Below the pieces are notes generated by a model. That model worked only from the letters and a program-made list of their open reading frames with translations, did not search any database and was not told the DNA's origin. Both the position numbers and the translations under genes were made by a program. From Takakia lepidozioides (Eukaryota > Plantae > Bryophyta), in assembly GCA_030704615.1 (NCBI GenBank), contig CM060731.1, positions 20,832,001-20,896,000 on the forward strand: a DNA stretch of 64,000 nucleotides, given 5' to 3'. Shown here in pieces: positions 24,946 through 36,600 of this stretch. Each line of letters starts with the position of its first letter. Position 1 is the first letter of the stretch.

Positions 24946-25419
24946 CATGGCAGTTTAGCCATTTCTCCAAGGGTTTAGCCACGCCAAGCTAGGGTTTGTG
25001 TCTCTTGGACTCTAGGCTTCTTTGCACCGAGCTATGGCGGCTGTGAAGAAATCAGCAAGGTATTCTTGCTCTTTCGGCGCCCACACACCACCAATAGTAG
25101 CCATAAGCCATGAGGAAGATGGTTGCCACAAACCAAGCCTTCTTTCTCACTTAGATTCCCCAAACACGCCACTAAACTCAATGGGAAACAACCAAGCTTT
25201 GCTGGTTTCCAGCCCTTGTGAGCACTCATTCAAGCGTTTTCCTTGGCCATAGCATCTGTCTTAGAGCCTATTCCAGCCCCCGACACCTGGCACTTCAAGA
25301 GCCATGCTCTATCTAGGCTTGAGGTTGAAACCCCACCTCACATATGCCCTATAAATGCTTTTCTTTCACCCAAGTGGGAACCAGCCCTAGCCCTTCCGTT
25401 CTAGCTCTCTAAAGCTTGA

Positions 25420-25790
25420 AAACAAGAGACTCAATGGGCTGAAGGCATGCTCCACACATGCCCCACTCTCACCATAAGAGAATCAGCTCCTTTGCTTCAT
25501 TTCTTACACCCACAAACCTGAAAATACAAGCTTCAACGGGCTGAAAGCATGCTCCATACATGCCCTACAGGGAAACCAGCCCCTTTCTTCCTTTCTTGCA
25601 CCCCCAAACCTGAAAGTACAAGCCTTCAATAGGCTGAAAGCATGTTCCACACATGCATTGCCCTCACATAAGGGAAGTCAACCCTTCCCTCTTCCTTGCT
25701 TGCCCTCCAAGCTTGAACATGGAAGCTTCAATGAGCTGAATACATGCTCCACACATGCAACCTCTTCACACAAGAGGTATCAGCCCCCTA
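25420..25790. repeat. Degenerate tandem repeats (ctgaaagcatgctccacacatg core) in the E2 leader
   Basis: Core recurs at about 25440, 25541, 25634 and 25736. Related gtggagcatgct motifs occur in the E1 leader at about 7265 and 7362. Confidence 0.7.
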
Positions 25791-26708
25791 TCTTGGCTCC
25801 TTGGCTCCTTGATGCTCTCTAAAAGCACTCCACAGCCTTTGCCAAGCTCCTGAAACCCTAAGGCTTAAATTTCCAGCCACAGGACACTCCTATTGTGGTG
25901 CAAGAGCTCTTCTTCCAAGCTCTGAAACCCTAGGTGCACATTTCATGGCCTTGCTGCACCTCTTAGCTTCTATTCCAGCCCTGCTCTTGCCATGACAAAA
26001 GCCCTATCAATGTTATGCATACCTTGAGCCACAATCTCTTTTCTTCATGAAGACCACCTCCAATGATCTCCCACATGTGCTCCAAGCTCTTCAATGCTCT
26101 AGGCTTGGTTTCACATCATCATGGATAGAATTTTCACCCATATGCTTCCCTTCAAACCTCTTGAGTTTCCTAATGCTCTCCAAGTGTTTGCCCTTGTTGT
26201 CTTCAAGCCCAAGCCTATATAGCTCATTGGCTTCTCTTCCACAACATCCACAATTGAGCTTGCTTAACCCTAGATTGATAGTGACATGAGTACTAACAAT
26301 CATTTAGTTGCTCTCCACAAGCCATGGCACACACCATTGACTCCATAATGCATTGAAAAGATTCTCAAACCCTAGAATCCATGCTTCCACACACAAAGAC
26401 TTCCCTCTTGCAATCCTTGCAAATCTTGTGGCAAACAAGCTCATTCTTGAGCTCCCCAACACCTTGGTGTAACACCACAAGTACCTTTCCTTGCAAAAGC
26501 TTGTGATCTACAAGAGCTCCATTTTTGAGCTCTCCACCTCCTTAGGGCAAAGCAATATCTCTCAAAGCCCTAACACCACAAGGATTTTCTTTTGCAATAT
26601 ATGCAACACCTTGCAACACAAGAGCTATCTTCCCAAGTTCTTCAACACACAAGTGCTAAACTAACCCTTACACTCCGCACTCACAAGCATAAGGTGATTT
26701 TCTTGTAG

Positions 26709-27074
26709 TGATAATGAAAGTGAACACAATGAAAACACTCCACTCTTGAATCCACTCAATCACATAAACTAAGTCAAGCCAAGGGCACCCTTGCTAAGGG
26801 AATCCACCCTACAAAGCCCTGAACACACTCTCTCTCAATACCTAGAGCTATGGAGATGAGAGATGCTCATGGAGGCTCAACTACAAGAAGATGAGACCTC
26901 CTCAACGCTCACAAGGGGAAAACCCATCCCCATGTCCCAAGTGAGGTTTGACACCTCACTTGGCATGTGAGACCAAATGAAGTCCCAACACACAAAATAC
27001 AAATATAAATATCCAAAATGTCCTAGTTAACTAGAAGTAGGTAATTCTAGTTAACCATGACTAAAACCATGACA
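26709..27074 (-). repeat. E2 5' terminal repeat A1
   Basis: 366 bp, reverse complement of 21489-21854. Starts TGT; the outer flank ggag (27075-27078) is the TSD. Confidence 0.92.
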
Positions 27075-27457
27075 GGAGGTTTAGCCCTGGTGACTATGTT
27101 TATTTGCAGCAGACTGCTCCTACGACCCTGGATGTCACTGCAGGGTGTGTTATTCTGAGGGTTCGAGAGGTGTTGCCCTCAGGAGTCCTGATCTTGGAGG
27201 GTCGGGATGGCATGACTTGGAAAGACCATGTGCGTAATTGTGCGCCATGTCACCTTCCCAATGTCGATGGCAGAATTGACCCAAACTTGGCAGTGGTACC
27301 TGCAGGTTTGAGGTGCATGCTCTGTGGGTCTGCCAAAGGGGCAGCCATCATGCTGGTGTGTGATCGATGCTCAAGAGGTTGGCACATGGGATGCTTGACA
27401 CCACCTCTTGAGAAGGTTCCTGATGGAGATTGGTTGTGTCCACACTTCTTGGGATAG
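27075..27457 (+). pseudogene. E1 integrase C-terminus with PHD finger
   Basis: RFSPGDYVYLQQTAPTTLDV...CMLCGSAKGAAIMLVCDRCSRGWHMGCLTPPLEKVPDGDWLCPHF (C4HC3 pattern, last Cys replaced). Confidence 0.9.
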
Positions 27458-27695
27458 TGACAATGGATATGACTAGAGGCCAAGCTCATATGAGTCAATA
27501 CACAAGATCCCAGGTTCAAGTTCACAGGTTGCAAGACGGCGACTAACGATGGGGCAACTCTTGCACCCGGCCTCTTGATCTATCGAGTTTGAGTGTAGTA
27601 AGGACAGTGGTGGAGGACTTAGTGAGGCTACGGTCATTATCACATCTTGTGGCTACCTGGACTTAGAGGGACCTAAGTACTAGCTAGGGGGGCGA

Positions 27696-28290
27696 TTGTG
27701 GTGGACTAGTGCTTGCCATAGTGGGCAGCCTAACGACTGACTAGTGGCAGCCTAGTGGTTGGACTAGTGGTGGACTAGTGGTATACTAGTGTGTGGTGTG
27801 CACATGTGTTGTGTGGTTTTGGACAGCGATGTAGTTGTGCACTACAGCTGTCAAGTTATTTCACCACTAGTGTGAAACTAGCTAGGAAATAGCTAGCTTT
27901 TACATATTGACATTTGGGATTGGCCCAAGTGTCAATCCAGGGGTCAAGGCAAATTTAGTGGTTATCTTCACAGCAAGCGCGAGAGGCTCATCTTTCTCGA
28001 GTTGAGCCTCACCGCGCCTAGCTATGGCGCCGTAGTGTGGATTCCCCATGGCGTGGGGTGCACTTGGCTTGACTTGTATTTGAGTGACGAGTTTATATAT
28101 GCATGAGTTTATGCTTCAGCTTTGTGAGCTCGCATGAGCTTGTGCTTGTATTCTTCTTCTTTATCTATTGTGGTGGACTAGTGACTGCCATAGTGGGCAG
28201 CCTAGCGACTGACTAGTGGCAGCCTAGTGGTTGGACTAGTCGCTGGACTAGTGGTGGACTAGTGGTATACTAGTGTGTGGTGTGCACATG
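27696..28290 (+). repeat. E1 3' terminal block B1(27696-27846)-GC-A2(27849-28167)-B2(28168-28290, truncated)
   Basis: Follows PPT aggggggcga. B is rich in actagtgg units, and A2 matches 6711-7032. Confidence 0.88.
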
Positions 28291-28515
28291 AGAGAAAAAA
28301 CAAATACATTGTGAAGTAGAGGACCAACTTGTACATGGACTATGAGTGAGACAACAAAATAAATGACGACACTTTATCTAAAACCAAGGCTTAAAGCTAC
28401 CTTTTATGAACTAGGAGACTTTAAAACTATCAGCTCCTTAAAGCCCTATTGAGTTCTGGCTTCTAAACCAAGGATCCATGCTAATAACCTGCTGTGGCCA
28501 TCTATTAACGGGGTA

Positions 28516-29122
28516 CTGTTCGCGCAGGTTGGTTTCGGCACACAGCTGCTGAATTAATTAATTTTTGAGACCTGGGTGCTTTCGACACATGGAAAGTAAT
28601 TTCCAGAGTTTTCGGCACTTTCCGTGGCTATTTTTTTAACATTGCACAAGCTACTCTCCTCCAGTATGTTCATAGTCAATAACTCTCCACCATATTGACA
28701 TAGTCCATAACTCTCTACCATATTGACAGTGATTTTTTCCGCACTCCAAGCCTGTCCTTCCCATCCATATCCACTACGTCGTCGATGTCCATTATGGCAT
28801 TGTTGCTCGTTTTTTTTTTCCAAAAGCTAGTGAGGTTTGTTATAGACTGTGTGCAATCTTGCACTTGCTTGTAGTGCGTTCATGAGAGGAATCCTGACGT
28901 ATACATTAGCACCAAGCATTGTAAGTGTGTGTTGAAAACTTATCGAGCTTTATCACTTGTAGATGCAATCCGAGATAGGGCAATCCTTCAATTTTTTATT
29001 AATTCGGACATTGTGAGCTTGGAATTTCTCGAATATTTCAAACAAAATAGTTCAAATTTCTCCATATTTTTGGACAATGCCGTTTTTAATTAATTATGTG
29101 CGAAACCAACCCGCGCATAGGG
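28516..29122. mobile_element. Putative MITE (Tc1/mariner-like, TA-flanked)
   Basis: Imperfect TIRs ta-ctgttcgcgcaggttggtttcggcaca and tgtgcgaaaccaacccgcgcataggg-ta; AT-rich non-coding interior. Confidence 0.5.
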
Positions 29123-29343
29123 TAGTCTATCTATAGTGAAGACGCGATGCAACCGAGGAAGGTTTCAGATGTTTCTAGTTAATGTCCATGTCGAATTCGG
29201 GGGACATTGTAGAGGGGGGTGCACTGGTCTCTCCAGGTTGCAGGAGGGAGCTAGGTCCAGGCACAGTGGTCGGGCGAGCCAGTGAGACAGATAAGACCCT
29301 AGTTACTCCAATTGTTTTGGAAGGTTGCATGGATTGATGCCGC

Positions 29344-29531
29344 TTCCCTCGGTTTGCACTTGATTTCTGCACAACATTTAGCCCACACTTTCCTAGACTC
29401 AGTTCCCATATCATAGAAAACACAAGTGAGCAGGGTGGCTTCCCTCGGTTTGCGCTTGATTTCTGCACAACATTTAGCCCACGCTTTCCTAGACTCAGTT
29501 CCCATATCATAGAGAACACAAGTGAGCAGGG
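29344..29531. repeat. Tandem duplication of about 96 bp
   Basis: ttccctcggtttgc...acacaagtgagcagg occurs twice with few mismatches. Confidence 0.85.
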
Positions 29532-30658
29532 AGGATACTGTAGTGGAGTCACCAGAAAAGGTTTTTTTGCAGCGGGCTTTCCAAAGATGCCGCAACGTTG
29601 AGGCCTGAGGGTTTCAAACACCTGGCAGGTTAGAGTCCGTATCTTGGAAACTTTGTCATAGTTTATGAGAAGATCAGTAGAAGTCAGAGGTCTTGGGTTC
29701 CAATTTTTTAGCTATGACCATCATATTCGCATGTACTATTGTAAAATATTAGTAAATTGAAACATGTTTATAACGAAAACAAAGTAATATTTGAAAGTGC
29801 TATAACATTTATATTGAGTATGTGAAGAAATGAAAGAAAAAAAAAATAGAGTAGATTTGACAAAATTGATTTTCATAATTCTTTATTTTTTCCCGGGCAA
29901 TCCGGGCAACTTCTAGAATGTACATTGATGATATGGCCGAGTCTCAGACGTGACAGAGATGATGTCTTTTTTAATTTTTAGTTATTAATTTTTAGAAATA
30001 GGGCAGTCCGGGCAGATTTAAACCAAATGATGCCGATGATGTGGCTGATGATGACATGGCGATGATGATGTGGCGCCATGTCACCCTATTCCTGCTCTAC
30101 GCTAAAACGAGTCTCCCACCTTCTGTCGTCACTAGAACTATGCAACATAGCAGAGGAATGCTCGCCTAAAAGAAATACGTCAATAATACTCGAGCCAAGG
30201 GTTTTCGGATTTGAGAATCTTGGTCGGAGGGCGGGAGCCTGAGGGGGATTCGAAAATGTGGGAAACGAGCGTGTTGAGTACGATGGAATGTATGGGGCAA
30301 AAGCATGGGATCCGTGGAACTTTGGGGTTACCCGACAAATTTAGTAGGGAGAATCAGCTAGGTTTTGAAGTACCATACTTAACCCTCATCCAGAATTATG
30401 GTGACGCAACCGGCAGCCAGCATCAAAGAAAACCGATGATCCCCCTTGTTCCAGCGATGGGAGAACAGGAGAGGGCCGAGGTGGAGGCCAGACAGCGAGA
30501 AGATGAGGCATTCCAAGTACAAATCGCGGTTGAGATCAAATAGAGGCATGTTGTGTTATGTTCTAAATTTGTATGTGTTGAACGTTTGGTAGCAGAATCT
30601 AACTTTGTGTTAGAAGCTGTACCTTGAACCTTGCATGTAGTAGTTGAAAGAAGCCACC

Positions 30659-33600
30659 ATGCTAAGCAGTGGTGGTCCCAGGGAGCTTCAAGCTGGAGAT
30701 GGTTTCCTCTCTCACAAATGTCTGCCTCATTCCGTCACTCATTATTCAAAAACTTTCACCCGAGCTCCTACACGGCCTCTTAATCCCAGGCGCGGGCAAA
30801 ATGGCCGGGTGCAACGCAGCAAAATTCAATGCAGAAGTCAGTCGATTTGTTGTAGCTTCTGCAAACATCAAGGCGCTTTCCAAATCTATGTGTCAGCAAA
30901 TACAGCAACGGAATTGCAACGACACTGCTTCCGATTTGCTTGTAAATCCCGCCCCTTCAATTCAACCAATTTATCCCTTTCAAGTCGTTCGCTCTGGAAC
31001 CAAACCCTCCCTTCCCGCACCAACATGTCGATTGCCTTGGCATCATGGCGCGAGGCATGGAAGCTTAGCGATGGCAACTCTCCAAACCATTGGCGAATGC
31101 GGAGGGGAGAACGGCCTCCGCTGTCTGACGAGGGAGCTCGCCGTGTGATCCAAGAGAGAGAGTTGTACGAGCGACTGTTGCGAAAGGCGCAGGGACCAGA
31201 GGCCAGCAGCGGCCACAAATGGATTCGGCGAACGCCTGAGGAAATGGAGGAATTTCTTGCTGATGGGAAGTGGCAATGGCGGTGGCAGCGTCGCTACACC
31301 CGCACCGTGGAGGAGGCCATAACTACAGTGCGCCAGCTCTCATCAGTTCCCCAAGATTCTGTCAACATGCGCAAGGTGAATGTGTGGTAATGTTGCAAAC
31401 ATACAACATAATCTTCTTTAGTGATTGTTGCAGTTTGTGAAAACGAATGCTGATTGGATGTTTTTGGTCCACTCAAACTGCATGCCTTGAAATACTGGCA
31501 GGGCTATTGCTACGCAAGTGAAGACTAGGTTCCTTGTGGTCATAATAAATTAGCTGAGTTTCTCTGGTCTTCGATTTCCAAAGCACTGCTAGTGTGCAAA
31601 AAGGGAGTGGCGGGGGCGGATTTGTTGGAGCATTGTCGTCTCCCGAAGATTCATGGTTTATGGGGGAGCGGGAATTTAGGTACCCAGCACAGGAGGATTA
31701 ACAAGCTATTGAAATCTTTGCAGGTAATGATCCCTTTTATCAACCGTCTCTCTTTTCGCGACATGTGTGTGGTGCTCAAAGAACAGCGGGGGTGGCGACA
31801 AGCGCAGGGATTCTTTGAATGGATGAAGATCCAGTTGCCTTACACCCCCAGCATTTTTGCCTACACAATTCTTCTGTCAACTTACGGTCAGGCTGGCAAA
31901 TTGAGCCTCGCTGAGGCCACACTAGCTGAGATGCTTGATGTTGGGGTGGAGCCAGACGAGGTGACCTGTGGCTGCATGATAGTGGCCTATGCCCGGTGGC
32001 AGCGTTATGATGATATGCTGGAATTCTATGGGGTTATGCGCCAAAGGCACCTAATACCATCAGTGTCTGTCTTCACGACTATGATTGACGCACTCTACAA
32101 GGCTGATAAATGCTCTGATGCCTGTCTCTTGTGGGAGGATTTTCTGGAGGAAGGCTTGGAACCCAGTCATATACTCTACGCTCTGGTTCTCAATGTGCTA
32201 CGGAAAGAGGAACGGCTGGAAGAGGCCATACAGGCGTATGAGAATATGCGGAAGGCAGGACATTTGCCTGACGAGGTTCTGTATAACATGGCAATCTCTA
32301 TGCTGGGGAAGCTTGGCAGGTCACCTATATTTTTCCCTTAAACCTTATTATGGTAGGATTAGAAAGGAGGGCTGGAAGATCTGAGTTTTTCAATGCTGAA
32401 GCACATCTTCGCCAACTGTTTTATGGGGTTTTCAGACTAGTTTTGTTCTCTGGGGTTTACTTTCCTTGTTCTTAAACCCTGAACCCGGGGTGTACTTAGG
32501 ACCCTTGGATCTGCCATATCATGCATAACTTCTAAATGGCATTTGATATTTTAGCAGGTTTAAAGAGGCAGTGGCTGCATTCCAAGCGATGAAGGACCAG
32601 GGCATCATCCCCAACAAATTTGCATATGCGACTGTGATGAATGTTTGCTCAAAAGCGGGGGACTACACATATGCCGCTGAAGTCTTTGCTGAGATGCAAA
32701 AAAATGGATGTGCTCCCGATGAGGTTGTGTACAGTACAATTATCAGTGTCTATGGAAAAGTGGGTTTGTATGAGGAAGCAGAGAAGGTTTTCAGAGAAAT
32801 GGCAGACAATGGGCTTCTCTCTAGTGAGAAAACATACACAGCAATGGCAAATGTGCGGGCAAAAGCTGGTAACTACAAGCAAGCTTTGAGGATCTTTGAC
32901 GAGATGCAAGAGAAGGGACTGCCACTGACACGGGTTGCATGTAACACCATTCTCCACTGTCATGTGAAGGAAGGGGACACTGCCCTTGCCACTCAAGTGT
33001 TCAATGACTTGGTTGCCACCGGAGTTGCTGATGCTGTGGCGTATGGGAACATGATCAACCTGTTTGCAAAAGTAGGGATGGTTGAGGAGGCCCAGGGTCT
33101 GCGGGCCCAAATGCTAGCAGCAGGTGTAAAGCCCGATGAAGAATTTTATGGGACGATGGTGAAGCTTTACTGCAATGCAGATCTGGTTGAAGATGCAATG
33201 ATGGTGGTTAAAGAGATGCAGCAAGAGGGCTTGCTGCCTGACCAAGTTATCAAAACTACACTGATGCAGGCAGGGTCACTAGAACCCTGCTTTCTTGGAA
33301 ATGTGTTCATTGTTGCATTCTCCTCTTTGTTGTTGTTTCTTTTCCTTGAGGTTTAGTTGTCTCAAATGCCTGGATGTGGCTAACTTGTTATCTTCCATTA
33401 TCTCTCAAATATGAGTTTAACAGTTTACTAGGCCCTCCCTTGAGATATAGTTTCTGAGTCTTCGATCATCCACGAAAGCTTGTGGAGGACAATCTGGTCT
33501 TTTGTGGGCAGCAACCCTTGGTCCTTGTTGTTTGGTGGTAAGCATCCATTTCCAACAACTTCAGGACCTCCATTCACTTTTCTATGGGATCCTACTTGTT

Positions 33601-36600
33601 GCTTGAACTTATTCATGTTTACAGTCCGGGCTACTGGATTATGGCAAACACAGGCCTATGGACGGGCTGGGAAGCTTGAAGAAGCTGAGCAGATATATCA
33701 CAGCTTGGACAATGCTGATGCAGTGGCCATCACCACGATGTTTAGCCTGTATGAAGGATTCGGAAAAGAGAAAGAAGCTTCGGCTTTGTCTCAGCGGTTG
33801 CTGCAGTCTGGGGAGTCTATGGACCCTCACATGCTCAATCAGCTAATCATCAAGTTTGCCAAAGCAGGTTGGTTCATACCCTCTAGATTTTTATTTAACA
33901 TCTGGTGATGAATGAGGGCAATTCTAACCACCTCACAATGAAATTGCTTATTCCCAATGCTTCATAATGTTTATTTCAGTGCCATGCTTTGAAGTTGAGG
34001 GTCCAAGTAAAGACCTATAGTCTGTATTGCAAGGGGTTTTCTGGCAATCCTTTGTTATCCCGTTGTTAAAAGCTACACAATTTTTGTTCATAATTCCCTG
34101 GCCCCAGCACTTCGCAGCCAGCCTCCAAGAGTGACAACCCTTACCCAGTTGATACTGGTGGAGTATCATAAGCTAGGGGAAAAAGGGTATTACCACACAG
34201 TGGGTTTTGGGAAGTAAATTCTGCCTCAAATTCTCGTACCTGCCTCACTGCCAAAATTCTTATTCCCAGGTGAGCTGCGGGGAGCTGAGGGCCTGTACTC
34301 TCAGATGGTTGAAAGGGGTGGAACTCCTGAGGAACAAACAGTAGCTCTTATGATTACCTTGTATGGCCGAAAGGGGGACTACGGAAAAGCCAGGAATTTG
34401 TTTGTGGCTGAATGGCAGACGGGTCCCACCCCCAGCCTGTATCTGCACAACACAATGCTGAATGTTTGGTCAAAATGTCAGCAACTTGGAGAAGCAATGC
34501 ATTTGTTCGAGGAGATGGAGGAGAGTGGGGTAGGGTATGATGACGTGACTGTTAGTATCATGGTGAATGCCTACACCAAAGCAGGTGTGCTCAACGCTCC
34601 AGCTTTTCTGAAAACTTTCGGCTTTACTGGAACAGTATTCATAGCAGCAATCTCTTAACCATTCTCCCCAACGAGATTTGATTGAGTTCTCTATGTAAGA
34701 GAGTTCACTTAGCCTGACATGTGCATTTTTTTAATCTCTTGTCTTGACCTAGATACGAACAGGCTCAAGAGTGGGTTGAATGAATCTCAAGTGGGCAAGT
34801 ACTTACTCTGCTTGTATCAGATGTATCTCTTGAGAATACTATCATGATGAACAGGTGTGGGACTGGCAGGCATGCACAGCAATGCTGCTGCACTTGTGCA
34901 AAAGGCAAGGCAAGCAGGCTTTGTGCTGGACACAATTGCCTACAACACCATCTTGAAGGCAAAGCTGGAGGCAGGTAGAATACTATGTGAATCTTCCTCC
35001 TGGTCATGGGCTCCTTAATGTACAACGGCCACTATGGAAATAGCAGTTAGGGGGAGATAGGAGCAGGGAGTCATAGATTGCAGTGCTCTGCAGGCACCAG
35101 TATTGAGAAGGCCCCAAATGACCTGATAGACTTGAAACATGAGCTTGCAGTTGAAATATTAGTCATGAAGCTCCAACAGTGGATGGTTAGCATTATGTGT
35201 ATGTAGGACATTTAAGGTCTTCGTGGTCAGATTTGGCATATAAGATTCCGACAATTTCGTAGAGCTAGGGCTTTTGTCATTATGAAAAGAAAAAACCTGA
35301 GAAGTGTCACATCCTCGATCTCCACCTCTTGCTCTTACCTGCCCCTTTTCCCATTTTCCCACTACATTGTGGCTGGCCATGAATCCTTTTCCAGATGGGT
35401 ATCTCTGTTAAGTAGAGGTCTATATTAGAATTTCTGTAATCAACAGTCCACTTAAGCATGATGTTAATGAAGCACTTGATGAATCAGCCTTGTTGCCAGA
35501 GCTTTGTTTGTGTATGCAAGCCTGATTATTGAGCTCCGTTTGATATTCGGGTGGGTGAAAGTCTCACAAACAGCTGGGTGGGTTAGAATCCTCGGGACTA
35601 AATATATTGGCTTCCAGATGTATTGACATGTTTTCATGGATTCCTTAGTGTAGTGTTAGACCTCTCCATCAAATTAGTTGTTCCGAGATTGAAAGCTGCG
35701 ATGTCTGCAAGATGGTTTTTAAATTTAAACACAACTCCAAAGAGGAAGGACTTTGGTATCTGACATGAAATTATGTATGTCGGGTGATTGGCAGGTCGAT
35801 TGAGAGAGGCTATCTTTCTATTTGAAGAGATGCAGGCAGCAGGTGTTGCACCGTCGATGCATACATACAGCACCATCATCAGGTAAGAACACACCTTCTT
35901 TTTCGCTGGTGAGGCACATGATCTATTTACTTGTTTGTTTCTCACACCTACTTGCTATTTGAAATTGCAAATTGTGCTTGTTGGTCAAATACTGTGGTGA
36001 ATTGGATGACAATGCACACTATTTCTATGTTTGATCATGGCTGAGCTCTATGTGGTCTCCACTGCAAGTGAACTCATGGATAGTGTTCTTAAGGAGATAT
36101 TCAAGATTTGACACGAGTAATCTGATGTCGTGTTGATTTCCAAAGTTGACCAATTTTATTGCAGTAATGGTAGTGAATGAACTAAGATTCTAATGTGAGT
36201 AAGCTTACAAATTGTGGGAATATCGGGAGCAGACTCAGTGTGGATTTGGGTGCAGTGTCTTTGGGAAGACTGGAGAGATTGAGAGAGCAACAGAAGCATT
36301 TGAAGCTCTAAAAAGTTCAGGGCAAGGTGTAGATGAAATGGCTTACAGTCACATGATACACTGCTATGCTACTGCAGGTTCTTTCCCACATTTCTCTTTT
36401 GTCTTTCTCATCTTCTCTCATTTACAGTCTTTTCCATTCTTTCCCTCTTTCTTTTCTTTCTTCTGTTCAGAGTGGGTTCCCACAACCTACGGGTAGAGAC
36501 TGGCAGATGGGAAAACCTGCAACGGGAGGACCGTCTATGTCCAGCTTGCATAGGGCGCAGCCAGGAAATTGAAACTGAAGAACACTTCTTCTATTGCCCT

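Larger units (their letters stand above)
6711..28290 (+). mobile_element. Element E1: Ty3/Gypsy-type retrotransposon with split terminal repeats; hosts nested insertions and is rearranged
   Basis: Repeat A1 (6711-7032) recurs as A2 (27849-28167) inside a B1-A2-B2 3' block. gag/pol domains lie between them, and a PPT precedes B1. Confidence 0.85.

Noticed and set aside
24418-24978. His/Ser/Pro-rich ORFs as real proteins (also 7752-8240)
   Set aside because: They are by-products of stop-free tandem repeats that are open in several frames.
6711-28290. DIRS/Ngaro/PAT tyrosine-recombinase element, suggested by the split repeats and the MTase
   Set aside because: RT is Ty3/Gypsy-type, protease and HHCC-DDE integrase are present, a 4-bp TSD exists for E2, and no YR motif was seen.
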